Origin: a virus
Lineage: Duplodnaviria > Caudoviricetes
Length of the DNA stretch: 46,204 nucleotides
Strand: one strand, 5' to 3'
Virus record (IMG/VR): IMGVR_UViG_3300017700_000376
Coordinates: 1-46,204 of that record
In this document: piece by piece, positions 9,894 through 17,853 of the stretch
How the letters are laid out: each line of letters begins with the position of its first letter
How positions within the stretch are numbered: position 1 is the first letter of the stretch
Translations under genes and position numbers: made by a program
Notes under the pieces: model-generated
What the model saw: only the letters and a program-made list of their open reading frames with translations
Database searches by the model: none
What the model was told of the DNA's origin: nothing

Positions 9894-10238
9894 CTATCCG
9901 AGCTTTGCCACAAGTTCATCGACGGTTAGCTCGATATGGTCGTCGATGCGAAGGGCGACTTCGCGTCGCCCTCCAAGATAGTCGGACAGCCGCGGATCCT
10001 TGTCGTAGGTCGATCGGTTCTTGCGACAGAAATTGGCGATGTCGTTGCGCACCAAGGCGCGATCTTCCGCCGTCGAGTTGCCGTCGACGAAGACGCGCAT
10101 GTAGGCCGTCTTCCTCGCGCGCAGGTACGCCGTGATACGTTCGACCGCTTCCTTGCGGTTGGCCGCGGCGGCGATCTCGACCTGTTCCGTCAGGTTGAAG
10201 TCGTCGTCCAGCCCCTCGAACCCGAGATCGTCGGTCAC
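9894..10238 (-). CDS. Bbp19-like protein
   Basis: AYMRVF..DIANFC..GRREVALRI pattern, between portal and scaffold. GTG start overlaps the portal stop. Confidence 0.7.
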   Translation of the reverse strand: MTDDLGFEGLDDDFNLTEQVEIAAAANRKEAVERITAYLRARKTAYMRVFVDGNSTAEDRALVRNDIANFCRKNRSTYDKDPRLSDYLGGRREVALRIDDHIELTVDELVAKLG

Positions 10239-11941
10239 TGCGGCACCTTGAGATTGTTGTCGGCAACGGTCTTGGCGATCGAGGCGACACCCGGCAACGC
10301 TTCGAGCGCGGTGTTGGTCTGTTTGTCCTGTTCCGCCTGCCTGTCGTCGGCCGCCATCTCTTCGTCGCTCTTGACCCAACGCGCCGGCACGCCCTGCTGC
10401 GTGGCGATCTCAGGCATGGCGATGTCGAAGTTGAGGCGGTTCACCGGCTTCATGTTGCCCGACATCTTGGCGATATTCATCGCCATCTCGGACAAGCGAA
10501 TGAACCCGCTGACCGCTTCGCTGTGCTGCGCCTTGGCCAGGGTCGAGGTGTAGACCGGCTTGTAGTCCGTCTCGAACACTTCCATGGGCAGGTCGTCCGG
10601 CAGCGCGTTGTTCTCGGCGAGCACATGGATCTCGCGCTCAATCGTCGGCCCGAGATCGTCGGCCTGCCAGCGACCCATGGTCGGCGCCAGCGACGACGCC
10701 TCGCGCGCCGCGATGTCCAGCACCTGCGTCGCCGTCATCTGCGGTTGGTCGCGCAGGATCTCGAAGATGCGGCCGAACAGAACGTCCTTCACGTCGTTCT
10801 GTTCCTCGGCGATCATCTTCTCCATGATCTGGAAATTGCCCATCTGCAGCGCGTGAACCAGCGGCTGGCCCTGCGAATTGACGCCGCCGGGGTTCTGCGC
10901 GCCCGGCACGAGATCGACCGTGCCGTTCATCACGCCGTCATCGCGCGTCAGCAACGGCGGCTGCACCGCCAACTGGCCCTGCCGGATCCACGTCTTCTTC
11001 TGCGCGTTCAGCAGGCCGACCGTCGACAACACCGTTTGCGCCGGGCCGTAGCCGTACGGCACGCCACCTTCGGTGGCCGTGCGCGTGATGATCAACGGGT
11101 TGGAACTGTAACCCGCCGGCGGCTGCACGACGCACGGTTCCTCGACATAGATGTAGAACGACCCGATCGGATGCCGGCGGTAGTCGAGCGCGTGTTCGTC
11201 GTAGTCCTGCGACGGCGATATGCACTGAAAGAACTCGTGCATCATTGTCTGATCGGCGCTCGGCGCCTTGCCGGTGGCGATCTCGGCCAGCTTCTGCGGG
11301 CACTTGTCCCCGAGCGCGAGATACGCCTGGCGAGCCGTCCAGTTGATGCGACGGTAACGCGTGTGGATCTGCTCGTCTTCGTCGACGTCCCAAAACAGGT
11401 CGCGGAACGGGATGTTGCGATACAACAGCCCGCCCTTCGACTTCATCTGCGCATTGGGCTTGCGCCAGGTGATCATCTTGCCGGCGTTGCCGTAGGCGCC
11501 GCCCGACATGTACGTCTCAGCCTGCGCGACGGCGAACCTGGCCGACGACTGGTAGCGCATGCGAAACAGCGTCTCGTTCAGCGCCTCGAAACCGAGCCGC
11601 AACGCCCGCGACGTGCGCTTGCGCGCGTCCTCCGCTTCGAGCGTGTGGTACTGCTGCGTGCCCGGCGTCAGGGTGCGTTCGAGCACCGCGGCGTGGATGG
11701 GCAGCGAGCGCCCGAGCGTGCTGTCGTAGGTGTTGATCCGCGACACGCGCGCAGCCCCTGTCGACAGCCCGGCCGGCGCGTTCGTCGTGGTCCAGCCACC
11801 GAACTGCCGCGGCAACCCAAGCTCGGCCACCTTGCGCCAGTCGGCTTCATACGGCGCCCGCGTCGACTTCGCGTTCTGATACCGCTGAACCCAGTCCTTG
11901 GCGAAGTTGTTTTCGCCGAGCCCGATGTCGGCCATGCTCAC
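10235..11941 (-). CDS. Portal (head-tail connector) protein
   Basis: 568 aa. YGYGPA, LAVQPPLL and QMTATQV motifs of podovirus portals. Confidence 0.92.
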   Translation of the reverse strand: MSMADIGLGENNFAKDWVQRYQNAKSTRAPYEADWRKVAELGLPRQFGGWTTTNAPAGLSTGAARVSRINTYDSTLGRSLPIHAAVLERTLTPGTQQYHTLEAEDARKRTSRALRLGFEALNETLFRMRYQSSARFAVAQAETYMSGGAYGNAGKMITWRKPNAQMKSKGGLLYRNIPFRDLFWDVDEDEQIHTRYRRINWTARQAYLALGDKCPQKLAEIATGKAPSADQTMMHEFFQCISPSQDYDEHALDYRRHPIGSFYIYVEEPCVVQPPAGYSSNPLIITRTATEGGVPYGYGPAQTVLSTVGLLNAQKKTWIRQGQLAVQPPLLTRDDGVMNGTVDLVPGAQNPGGVNSQGQPLVHALQMGNFQIMEKMIAEEQNDVKDVLFGRIFEILRDQPQMTATQVLDIAAREASSLAPTMGRWQADDLGPTIEREIHVLAENNALPDDLPMEVFETDYKPVYTSTLAKAQHSEAVSGFIRLSEMAMNIAKMSGNMKPVNRLNFDIAMPEIATQQGVPARWVKSDEEMAADDRQAEQDKQTNTALEALPGVASIAKTVADNNLKVPQ

Positions 11942-12198
11942 GCCCCCAGGAGGTTCGCCGTGGCGCTGTACGTCGATCCTGAAGGAACGCCAAGACCTCC
12001 CGTGAAGCTGGTCCGCGTGGAGCTACCCACGCCGTACTTCTTGCGCTGCGCCGCGGCGCTCGCTTGGATATCAGCGTCGCTGCGCGCCGGCGGCGCCGCT
12101 ACAGCAGTCGGGGCCTGCGGAGCCTGTGGCGCCACCATGTTGATGACCGGAGACGGCGCGTCACCGCCGCCGAACAATGCTTTGACAATTCCGCCCAT
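11938..12198 (-). CDS. Small virion/assembly protein upstream of the portal
   Basis: MGGIVKALFGGG..APPA..LLGA pattern common before podovirus portals. Confidence 0.65.
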   Translation of the reverse strand: MGGIVKALFGGGDAPSPVINMVAPQAPQAPTAVAAPPARSDADIQASAAAQRKKYGVGSSTRTSFTGGLGVPSGSTYSATANLLGA

Positions 12199-12212
12199 GG
12201 TCAACCCAAATG

Positions 12213-13754
12213 TCAGAGTGCCATTTCATCATAGTCCGTTTTGCCCACCCGTGTCGAGCCGCCAGCACCAGCGTTGGCGTACTTGCTCCGATCGCGTCGC
12301 TGCATCTTGTGGACGAAGGTAAGCATCAGAGCGTCCGCGCGGTCGGGACTGGGCAAGCCGCGATCCTTCATGTCGCGCTTGCTTTCCATCTGCATAACCG
12401 TCTCGCCGTTGCCCTTCAACTCGTAGCGGATGGTGGTCAGTTGCTTGAACAGTTCGCCGTCCAGTTCGGGCAGACATAGCCGGGTCTGGATGCTCTCGCG
12501 CATGGCCGACCACATCTCGGCGCGGACGTTCAGGAACGCCTTGGGCTGCGACGACGCGGCGCCAGGGTGAACCTCGATCACGTTGTAGCGCCAGGACCGC
12601 ATGATATCGATCACACCGACGCCCGGCCCGACGCTCTCAATGATCGTCACGTCCGGCTTGTATCGAGAGGCCAGTTCCGCAGCGATCGTCGCGATGGCCA
12701 CGGTATCGAGCCCCTTGCGCGTCGTCCATGGTATCGATCGGCAGTCGATCCCCTGACGGAACGCGAACACCGTCTCGTCGTCGCCGAACCGGGCGACGTC
12801 GATCGCCATCACCAGCGCCGCGCCGCTGTCGTGGAATAGCTCGCGCTGCTGCGCCGCGGTGACGTCGGACGGCGAGATGAACCCGTCGTACGCCTTGACC
12901 GGGAAGCTGCCGAGCACGCGGATGCGGATGTAGTCGTTGTCGGTGCCGCCGTTCGCCCGGATGAGATCGGCGATATGCGCCTTGTTAGTGTGGCTGACTT
13001 CGCGGCTGTCGACGCGCTTTTTCCACCACCTGTTCTCGGGGTCGTTGAGGTGGGTGTCGGCGAACGGGCCGTCCGGCTGCGTCGGGTTGCCGAAGACGAA
13101 GAAGAACGGTTCGCCGTCAGTGAACGCGCCCTCGGCAACCTCCCACAGCTTCCGATCAATACCCGACGCCTCGTCGAAGACGATGAACACGGCGCCGGCT
13201 TCGTTATGCAGACCCGCCCACGCTTCGGTGTTCTCGGCGGCGACGGTCAGCGCGTCGACCTTGTAGTTCTTCTGTTTATCCTCGGGGTAGGCAGCGTAGT
13301 AGAGCGACGCTCCGGTCCATGTGAACCAGTGCTTGTTGATCGCCATGTTGTACCACTTGCCTAGCTCGGGCCACGTCTTGGTCTGAAGCTGGTTGGCGGT
13401 GTTGGCGGTGACGACGCCTCGGGTGTCCATGCGCGTCGACATGATCCAGAGGATGATCCATGCCACGAGCGCCGACTTACCGACGCCGTGGCCTGACGCC
13501 ACGGTCGAGCGGAATACGAGGTAGTCGAGGCCGATCTGTTTACGCCACGCGTTCTCGATCGCATGTGCCGAGACGGCGTGCAGCAATTCGGCCTGCCACG
13601 GCTCTGGTCCAGTCTTCCTGGCCAGGCTGGTGCCGGGCACACCCCACGGGAACGCCGCCATCACGAACCCGTAGGCGTCGTAGCGAAACCGCGCGATCAG
13701 TTCGTTCAGCCGCTTCTCGACGTCCGGTGCGATCTTGGCAACCTGCTGCGCCAT
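12213..13754 (-). CDS. terL: Terminase large subunit
   Basis: Walker A SGHGVGKS, Walker B FIVFDEAS, coupling motif FGNPT, nuclease motifs IDVARFGDD and SPDRADAL. Confidence 0.95.
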   Translation of the reverse strand: MAQQVAKIAPDVEKRLNELIARFRYDAYGFVMAAFPWGVPGTSLARKTGPEPWQAELLHAVSAHAIENAWRKQIGLDYLVFRSTVASGHGVGKSALVAWIILWIMSTRMDTRGVVTANTANQLQTKTWPELGKWYNMAINKHWFTWTGASLYYAAYPEDKQKNYKVDALTVAAENTEAWAGLHNEAGAVFIVFDEASGIDRKLWEVAEGAFTDGEPFFFVFGNPTQPDGPFADTHLNDPENRWWKKRVDSREVSHTNKAHIADLIRANGGTDNDYIRIRVLGSFPVKAYDGFISPSDVTAAQQRELFHDSGAALVMAIDVARFGDDETVFAFRQGIDCRSIPWTTRKGLDTVAIATIAAELASRYKPDVTIIESVGPGVGVIDIMRSWRYNVIEVHPGAASSQPKAFLNVRAEMWSAMRESIQTRLCLPELDGELFKQLTTIRYELKGNGETVMQMESKRDMKDRGLPSPDRADALMLTFVHKMQRRDRSKYANAGAGGSTRVGKTDYDEMAL

Positions 13755-13770
13755 CTGTATCCTCGACCCA
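13735..13770 (+). promoter_or_regulatory. Putative promoter TTGGCA-N17-TATCCT with +1 at the terS ATG (leaderless)
   Basis: -35 at 13735-40, -10 at 13758-63, A of ATG 7 nt later, no SD. Confidence 0.5.
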
Positions 13771-14333
13771 TGGCAAAAGAGATCGCTACCCTAGCATCTA
13801 CGCTTCCGTCTGTCCCGATGGCCCTCGCGCTGGCCGTCATCCAAGACGTGGCGACCGGCAAGACCGTGTCGCGAGCCTGCCGCGATCGAGCCCTCGCCGT
13901 ACCGGCGTTCCGCGCTCTGATCAAGAAGGAGCCGGATCTTCAGCCGATGCTCGACGAGGCGCTGAAGTCTCGAGACGACGCCCTGAACGACATGCTGATC
14001 AACATCGATCAGGAACACAGCGACAGCAAAATGGCCGCGGTGGTGTCGAAGAATATCCAGTGGGTGTTGGAGCGCAGCGACCCGGCGCGCTTCGCGGCCA
14101 GGGTCACGCTGCAGACCGACAACGAGGTCAGCCGGAACCTGGCAGAAGCTCTCAACAAGGCGATGGAGCGGATACCCGCGCTGCCGCAGCGCCTGCAGCA
14201 GATCACCGACGTCACGTTCGAGCCGGTGCCCGACAAAGTTGCGGCGCCGTTGGGGGCGGCGCCGCTAGGTGGGGAGGCGGCACGCTCGGAGGACGCGTCG
14301 CTTGCCGAACTTAGACGGCTCGGCTTCCTGTAG
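13770..14333 (+). CDS. Terminase small subunit-like protein (Sf6 gp1-like), inverted relative to terL
   Basis: N-terminal HTH (GKTVSRACRD..VPAFRALIKK), oligomerisation helices, KNIQWVLERSDPARF. Adjacent to terL. Confidence 0.65.
   Translation: MAKEIATLASTLPSVPMALALAVIQDVATGKTVSRACRDRALAVPAFRALIKKEPDLQPMLDEALKSRDDALNDMLINIDQEHSDSKMAAVVSKNIQWVLERSDPARFAARVTLQTDNEVSRNLAEALNKAMERIPALPQRLQQITDVTFEPVPDKVAAPLGAAPLGGEAARSEDASLAELRRLGFL
13788..13816 (-). promoter_or_regulatory. Candidate terL/late-operon promoter GGGACA-N17-TAGGGT (TGn-extended) inside terS
   Basis: The only promoter-like element I found between the 14335-14380 terminator and terL. Confidence 0.4.
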
Positions 14334-14334
14334 C

Positions 14335-14380
14335 AACAAAAGAAACGGGCCGCCGGGAGAGGAAGCTACCGGCGGCCCGT
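14335..14380 (-). terminator. Intrinsic terminator, 12-bp perfect stem with a 12-nt anti-SD-like loop
   Basis: Minus strand ACGGGCCGCCGG-TAGCTTCCTCTC-CCGGCGGCCCGT-TTCTTTTGTT, between convergent genes. Confidence 0.85.
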
Positions 14381-14399
14381 CACCAAACTGCAGGCGACG

Positions 14400-14939
14400 T
14401 TACTCCTGCGGCTTGGTCCCCTCGTCTCCCACAACGTTGCCAGCGGCGTACCCGCCGAGCCGCTTGCGCTCGATGTGCTCACGCACGTCGCGCTGGTCCT
14501 GGCTCTCGGGCACACCGGGCGCCACGCCCGGCTGGATCATCGTCGCATGGGCCGGGAACTGGTCGATGGTCGGCAGGTTCTCGACCCGGTCCGTCGTCAC
14601 GCCGATCAGGCCCCGCGGCACCGGCGCGGTGTGCCGCACCTCCATCAGCCGGTCCACGTTGTCGAGCGCTTCGTTGCGCTCGTGCGTAAGAGTGGCGATC
14701 GTGGCTTTCGCGGCGCCCAGTTCCGACCGAAGCATGCCGTTGTGCTCGCGGGACTTGCGCCAACACTCGTCCATCTTGGCGTTGTCCGCCTCGAACACCG
14801 ACAGCTTCGTCAGCACTTCGTCGAGCTTGGCCTGAAGGGCGGTGTTGTCGTCGAGCGCTCGCTGCAGTTCCGCGGTGAGGGGTGCCGGCGTCTCGTCCAC
14901 CGGCGCAGAATCGTTCTGTTTCGTCGTCTTGTTGGCCAT
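14400..14939 (-). CDS. Hypothetical coiled-coil protein
   Basis: 179 aa with heptad-like N-half, SD GAGGAG, own promoter. Confidence 0.75.
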   Translation of the reverse strand: MANKTTKQNDSAPVDETPAPLTAELQRALDDNTALQAKLDEVLTKLSVFEADNAKMDECWRKSREHNGMLRSELGAAKATIATLTHERNEALDNVDRLMEVRHTAPVPRGLIGVTTDRVENLPTIDQFPAHATMIQPGVAPGVPESQDQRDVREHIERKRLGGYAAGNVVGDEGTKPQE

Positions 14940-14966
14940 GGGGTTTGCTCCTCGTGAGGGGTTAGG

Positions 14967-14996
14967 ACAATGGGCTCAATGACGTGGTGGCGTCAA
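14967..14996 (-). promoter_or_regulatory. Putative promoter TTGACG-N18-CATTGT
   Basis: -35 overlaps the upstream TGA. Same -10 and spacing as the capsid promoter. Confidence 0.6.
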
Positions 14997-15340
14997 GGTT
15001 GCGACCGCCTCCACACGTCGTACATTTGCCGCCACACAACCTCTACCATGCCGCGCACGTTCGACGTCGGCATCGGGGCGACGGTCCGGGCCGCCTCCTC
15101 GATCATCTCGGCCGTTGCGTCTCGCGGCGGGGTCCGCACCATTACAATCTCGGCCTTCGGCCACGGCCGATCGTCCAGCTTCTTGAACGCGTCGATCATG
15201 CAGTACTTGCAGATGTCACCCGCTATAGGCGCTACCTTCAGTGTGGGGGTCGCGTCGCCGACCTTGATCGGCACATCCACCACGCCGCGGGTTGTTTCGC
15301 GCCCGCAGCCCGGCACGTCGCAGAATATCTTGGTGGCCAT
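14993..15340 (-). CDS. Hypothetical protein, possible Zn ribbon (CDxxxC...CxxC)
   Basis: IFCDVPGCG ... DICKYC, coupled to the upstream stop. Confidence 0.65.
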   Translation of the reverse strand: MATKIFCDVPGCGRETTRGVVDVPIKVGDATPTLKVAPIAGDICKYCMIDAFKKLDDRPWPKAEIVMVRTPPRDATAEMIEEAARTVAPMPTSNVRGMVEVVWRQMYDVWRRSQP

Positions 15341-15492
15341 CACCGCTTCTCCCACACGTCGGCCGTCACGTTCGCGCTCTCGTCGAGGAACGCCACCCGC
15401 TCGCCCTTCGGCCGCATCTTGTAGGCCCACGCGCGCATCTCGATCGCCAGGGCCGTGTGCGAAACGGCGGACTTCAACAGTGTCTTGATCAT
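15340..15492 (-). CDS. Hypothetical protein (50 aa)
   Basis: GAGAGGAACAA-ATG start, coupled to its neighbours. Confidence 0.55.
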   Translation of the reverse strand: MIKTLLKSAVSHTALAIEMRAWAYKMRPKGERVAFLDESANVTADVWEKR

Positions 15493-15707
15493 TTGTTCCT
15501 CTCGTCTCTCATGTGCTGGTAGAATTTCTCCGCGCTGGCGTAGTGCATAACGCGAGTAATAACCGTCCCGGCGGCCAGGGGCATACCACCCGGCAAGCTG
15601 GCGAAGTGCATGAACTCGAAGTCCGTCATCAGACAGACCGTTCCTTTGTGCTCGAACCGCCACATCTCTTTGGGCTCGGGCAACATTATGACCGGACCGA
15701 TGCCCAT
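15489..15707 (-). CDS. Hypothetical protein
   Basis: MGIGPVIMLPEPKEMW..., overlapping stop/start chain. Confidence 0.55.
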   Translation of the reverse strand: MGIGPVIMLPEPKEMWRFEHKGTVCLMTDFEFMHFASLPGGMPLAAGTVITRVMHYASAEKFYQHMRDERNK

Positions 15708-15925
15708 CACGGGTTCGTCACCGGCGGCGCTTCGACGCGCATCAGCGCATCCTTGGCGCGGCTCTTGGCTTCGTCCAGCGTCCGCGCGCTGCCGGCGCCT
15801 TCGCTGCCGCAGTTGCCGCACGTCGCGACCGCCGTGACGTGGCCGAGACTGAGGCCGGTCGAGTACGTCACGAACTGATCGAGATGGCGGCACTGCGGAT
15901 CTTTGAGTACGCGTGGCTGTCTCAT
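15707..15925 (-). CDS. Hypothetical Cys-containing protein
   Basis: CRH...CGNCG, ATGA overlap, SD GGAG. Confidence 0.55.
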   Translation of the reverse strand: MRQPRVLKDPQCRHLDQFVTYSTGLSLGHVTAVATCGNCGSEGAGSARTLDEAKSRAKDALMRVEAPPVTNP

Positions 15926-16191
15926 GTCGGTGCTCCGTTGGCCAGTTCTAGCAAAACGTCCGCATGGCACGCACGAGGCGCGCACCAGCACACCAAGTCC
16001 TTGCCGCGCAGATCGCGCTCGATTTCGTTACGATCGAACGCCGACTGCGCGTGCAGTCGGTACTTCGCGATCACTTCATGCCGGGGGCCGTCCTTGCCGA
16101 TCACGAACGGGTTGCCCCACTTCGACGGCCGGCCAACGTACACAGCGCCTGGCGTGATGATGTCTGTTCGCTGGTTCAGCACCTTCGGCAT
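15922..16191 (-). CDS. DUF4326 family protein
   Basis: AVYVGRPSKWGNPF ... LRGKDLVCWCAPRACHADVL signature. Confidence 0.88.
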   Translation of the reverse strand: MPKVLNQRTDIITPGAVYVGRPSKWGNPFVIGKDGPRHEVIAKYRLHAQSAFDRNEIERDLRGKDLVCWCAPRACHADVLLELANGAPT

Positions 16192-16466
16192 TACGGCTCC
16201 CTCCCGGTCACGACGTACACCACGCCGTCCCACACCTTGCGCCACCACGACCGCAGGCGCAACGCCCGCAGCCGCTCGACGCGAGCGCGCCGGACCCGCT
16301 TCATCGCGACGACGGTCGGGTGATCGTGGAGCAAAGGCGGATTGACGGCGAAGTTCGCCATCTGCGCCAGCGCCGCTTGATACGCGGTGGGCTTCATGAA
16401 CTCACGATGGGTCGCTTCACCACCGATATACCCGCCGCCAAACCGGACGTCCGTTCTGTCAACCAT
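16191..16466 (-). CDS. Hypothetical protein
   Basis: Start-associated motif GCGTAACAGAGAGGAAGCC-ATG. Confidence 0.65.
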   Translation of the reverse strand: MVDRTDVRFGGGYIGGEATHREFMKPTAYQAALAQMANFAVNPPLLHDHPTVVAMKRVRRARVERLRALRLRSWWRKVWDGVVYVVTGREP

Positions 16467-16487
16467 GGCTTCCTCTCTGTTACGCAG

Positions 16488-16745
16488 CTAAATTCCGCCG
16501 GCTAGGACGTAGTCGATCATAGCCGTGTACTCAGCGGCTTTCCGCGCCTCTACAGACGGAAAGCCGCGCGGGGCGCCCAAACCCACTTCAACCATTCCGG
16601 TCGTCGGTTCGCGCATGGCTTCGACGGCCGCCTCGGCCATGGCCAGGCCCTCGCCTATCCACTCGTCGAACGAGTGGCAGTTGCCGGCCGGGTCGGCGTC
16701 GTAGATCGCCTTCGCCACCTTCATGAGTTTCGTCGTGTCGGTCAC
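16488..16745 (-). CDS. Hypothetical protein
   Basis: VAKAIY..AEAAVEAMREPTTGM..AMID pattern common in small alphaproteobacterial phage proteins. Confidence 0.7.
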   Translation of the reverse strand: MTDTTKLMKVAKAIYDADPAGNCHSFDEWIGEGLAMAEAAVEAMREPTTGMVEVGLGAPRGFPSVEARKAAEYTAMIDYVLAGGI

Positions 16746-17080
16746 GTCGCGTCCTTCGCGGCCGGTGCGCCGTCCGAGAGTTTCGTCGCGATGACCACCA
16801 GCGCGCCGGCAAAGCGCTCCTGTAGTTCAGCTATGCGGTCCACCGCCCGCACCGTGTCGCCCAACATCATCAGCAGTTCCACTGTCTCGCCCTTCACGCG
16901 CGCCTGGCTTTCGAGAAGCATGATGGCGGCGATCTCGGTGAGGTCCACGCCTAAACCTTCAGCCCGTCGACTGACCGCCCGGTCCCGCAGCACGCTCGCC
17001 ACGTACTTCAGGTCGTCGATGCTGACGTCGCCCGGCACGCTCAACGCCGCGTCCACTATTCCGTCCAGCCGTTTGTCCAT
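16742..17080 (-). CDS. Hypothetical protein
   Basis: ATG 17080 preceded by GAGAGGAAG and a promoter. Confidence 0.7.
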   Translation of the reverse strand: MDKRLDGIVDAALSVPGDVSIDDLKYVASVLRDRAVSRRAEGLGVDLTEIAAIMLLESQARVKGETVELLMMLGDTVRAVDRIAELQERFAGALVVIATKLSDGAPAAKDAT

Positions 17081-17092
17081 CGTCTTCCTCTC

Positions 17093-17135
17093 TGTTACGC
17101 AGCGCATGTTACGCACACGCCGGCGGCGCCGTCAA
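17093..17135 (-). promoter_or_regulatory. Promoter TTGACG-N18-TAACAT with tandem GCGTAACA repeats
   Basis: -35 at 17130-35, repeats at 17093-100 and 17107-14. Confidence 0.7.
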
Positions 17136-17413
17136 CGGCGTTCGCGTGCGATCGAGCTTTTCAGCGCCTCGAACTCCTTGCGCAACTGCGCCGTCAGTTC
17201 AAGGGACGTCACCAACGACCCCGCCGTGCTGGTCAAGAGCCGCACGGCCTCGTCGAGATCGTCCTTCGTCTTGGCCAGGGCTTCGAGCAAGACGATCGTC
17301 GTCAGCGTTGTACGATCGCCTGGCAGCGTGTCGCCTCGTACGTCGGCCGCTCTGTACCGCAGTTCGTCGGCCGTGTAGTCCGCGCCGTCCGAAATCAACT
17401 CTACGTCCGCCAT
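17132..17413 (-). CDS. Hypothetical protein
   Basis: 93 aa, first gene of the leftward unit, GAGAGGAAG RBS. Confidence 0.7.
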   Translation of the reverse strand: MADVELISDGADYTADELRYRAADVRGDTLPGDRTTLTTIVLLEALAKTKDDLDEAVRLLTSTAGSLVTSLELTAQLRKEFEALKSSIARERR

Positions 17414-17430
17414 GGCACTTCCTCTCGTGT

Positions 17431-17472
17431 TGTTACGCAGCGGATGTTACGCGCACATAGGGGTTGCGTCAA
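17431..17472 (-). promoter_or_regulatory. Promoter TTGACG-N17-TAACAT with tandem GCGTAACA repeats
   Basis: -35 at 17467-72, repeats at 17431-38 and 17445-52. Confidence 0.72.
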
Positions 17473-17825
17473 CGCTTGAGAATTGAGTGTGCGCTCAGCT
17501 CGTCGCGTGCGCATAGGCCGTGACGTTTTGGCAATGACGTATTGGCTAAGTGACAAATTTACTCCCCGTATTTTTAGTGCGCAAAGCTCGCCCTCAGTGG
17601 AGTAGAGAGGCCGCGCTTCGACCTCGGGGGTGGCCGGGGGTACCCCTCCCCCTTCCTCGATCGCAACTCAACTTAGCCTTGCCTTGCGTGCGCTGCGTGG
17701 GCATGATCGAGGCAGGGCATCGAGCGCTGGCACACTAGATGATGTGCAATGTGCGCAATAACGCAGCGATCACACATCGCAATGCGGAACGTGACACCTA
17801 ACCCATTGATATCAAAGCATTGTCG

Positions 17826-17853
17826 ATTTTCCACAATGCACATTATGCGATAA
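17826..17853 (-). other. dif-like XerC/XerD recombination site
   Basis: TTATCGCATAA-TGTGCA-TTGTGGAAAAT matches 19/28 of E. coli dif (GGTGCGCATAA-TGTATA-TTATGTTAAAT) with correct 11-6-11 geometry. AT-rich island in non-coding DNA. Confidence 0.75.
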
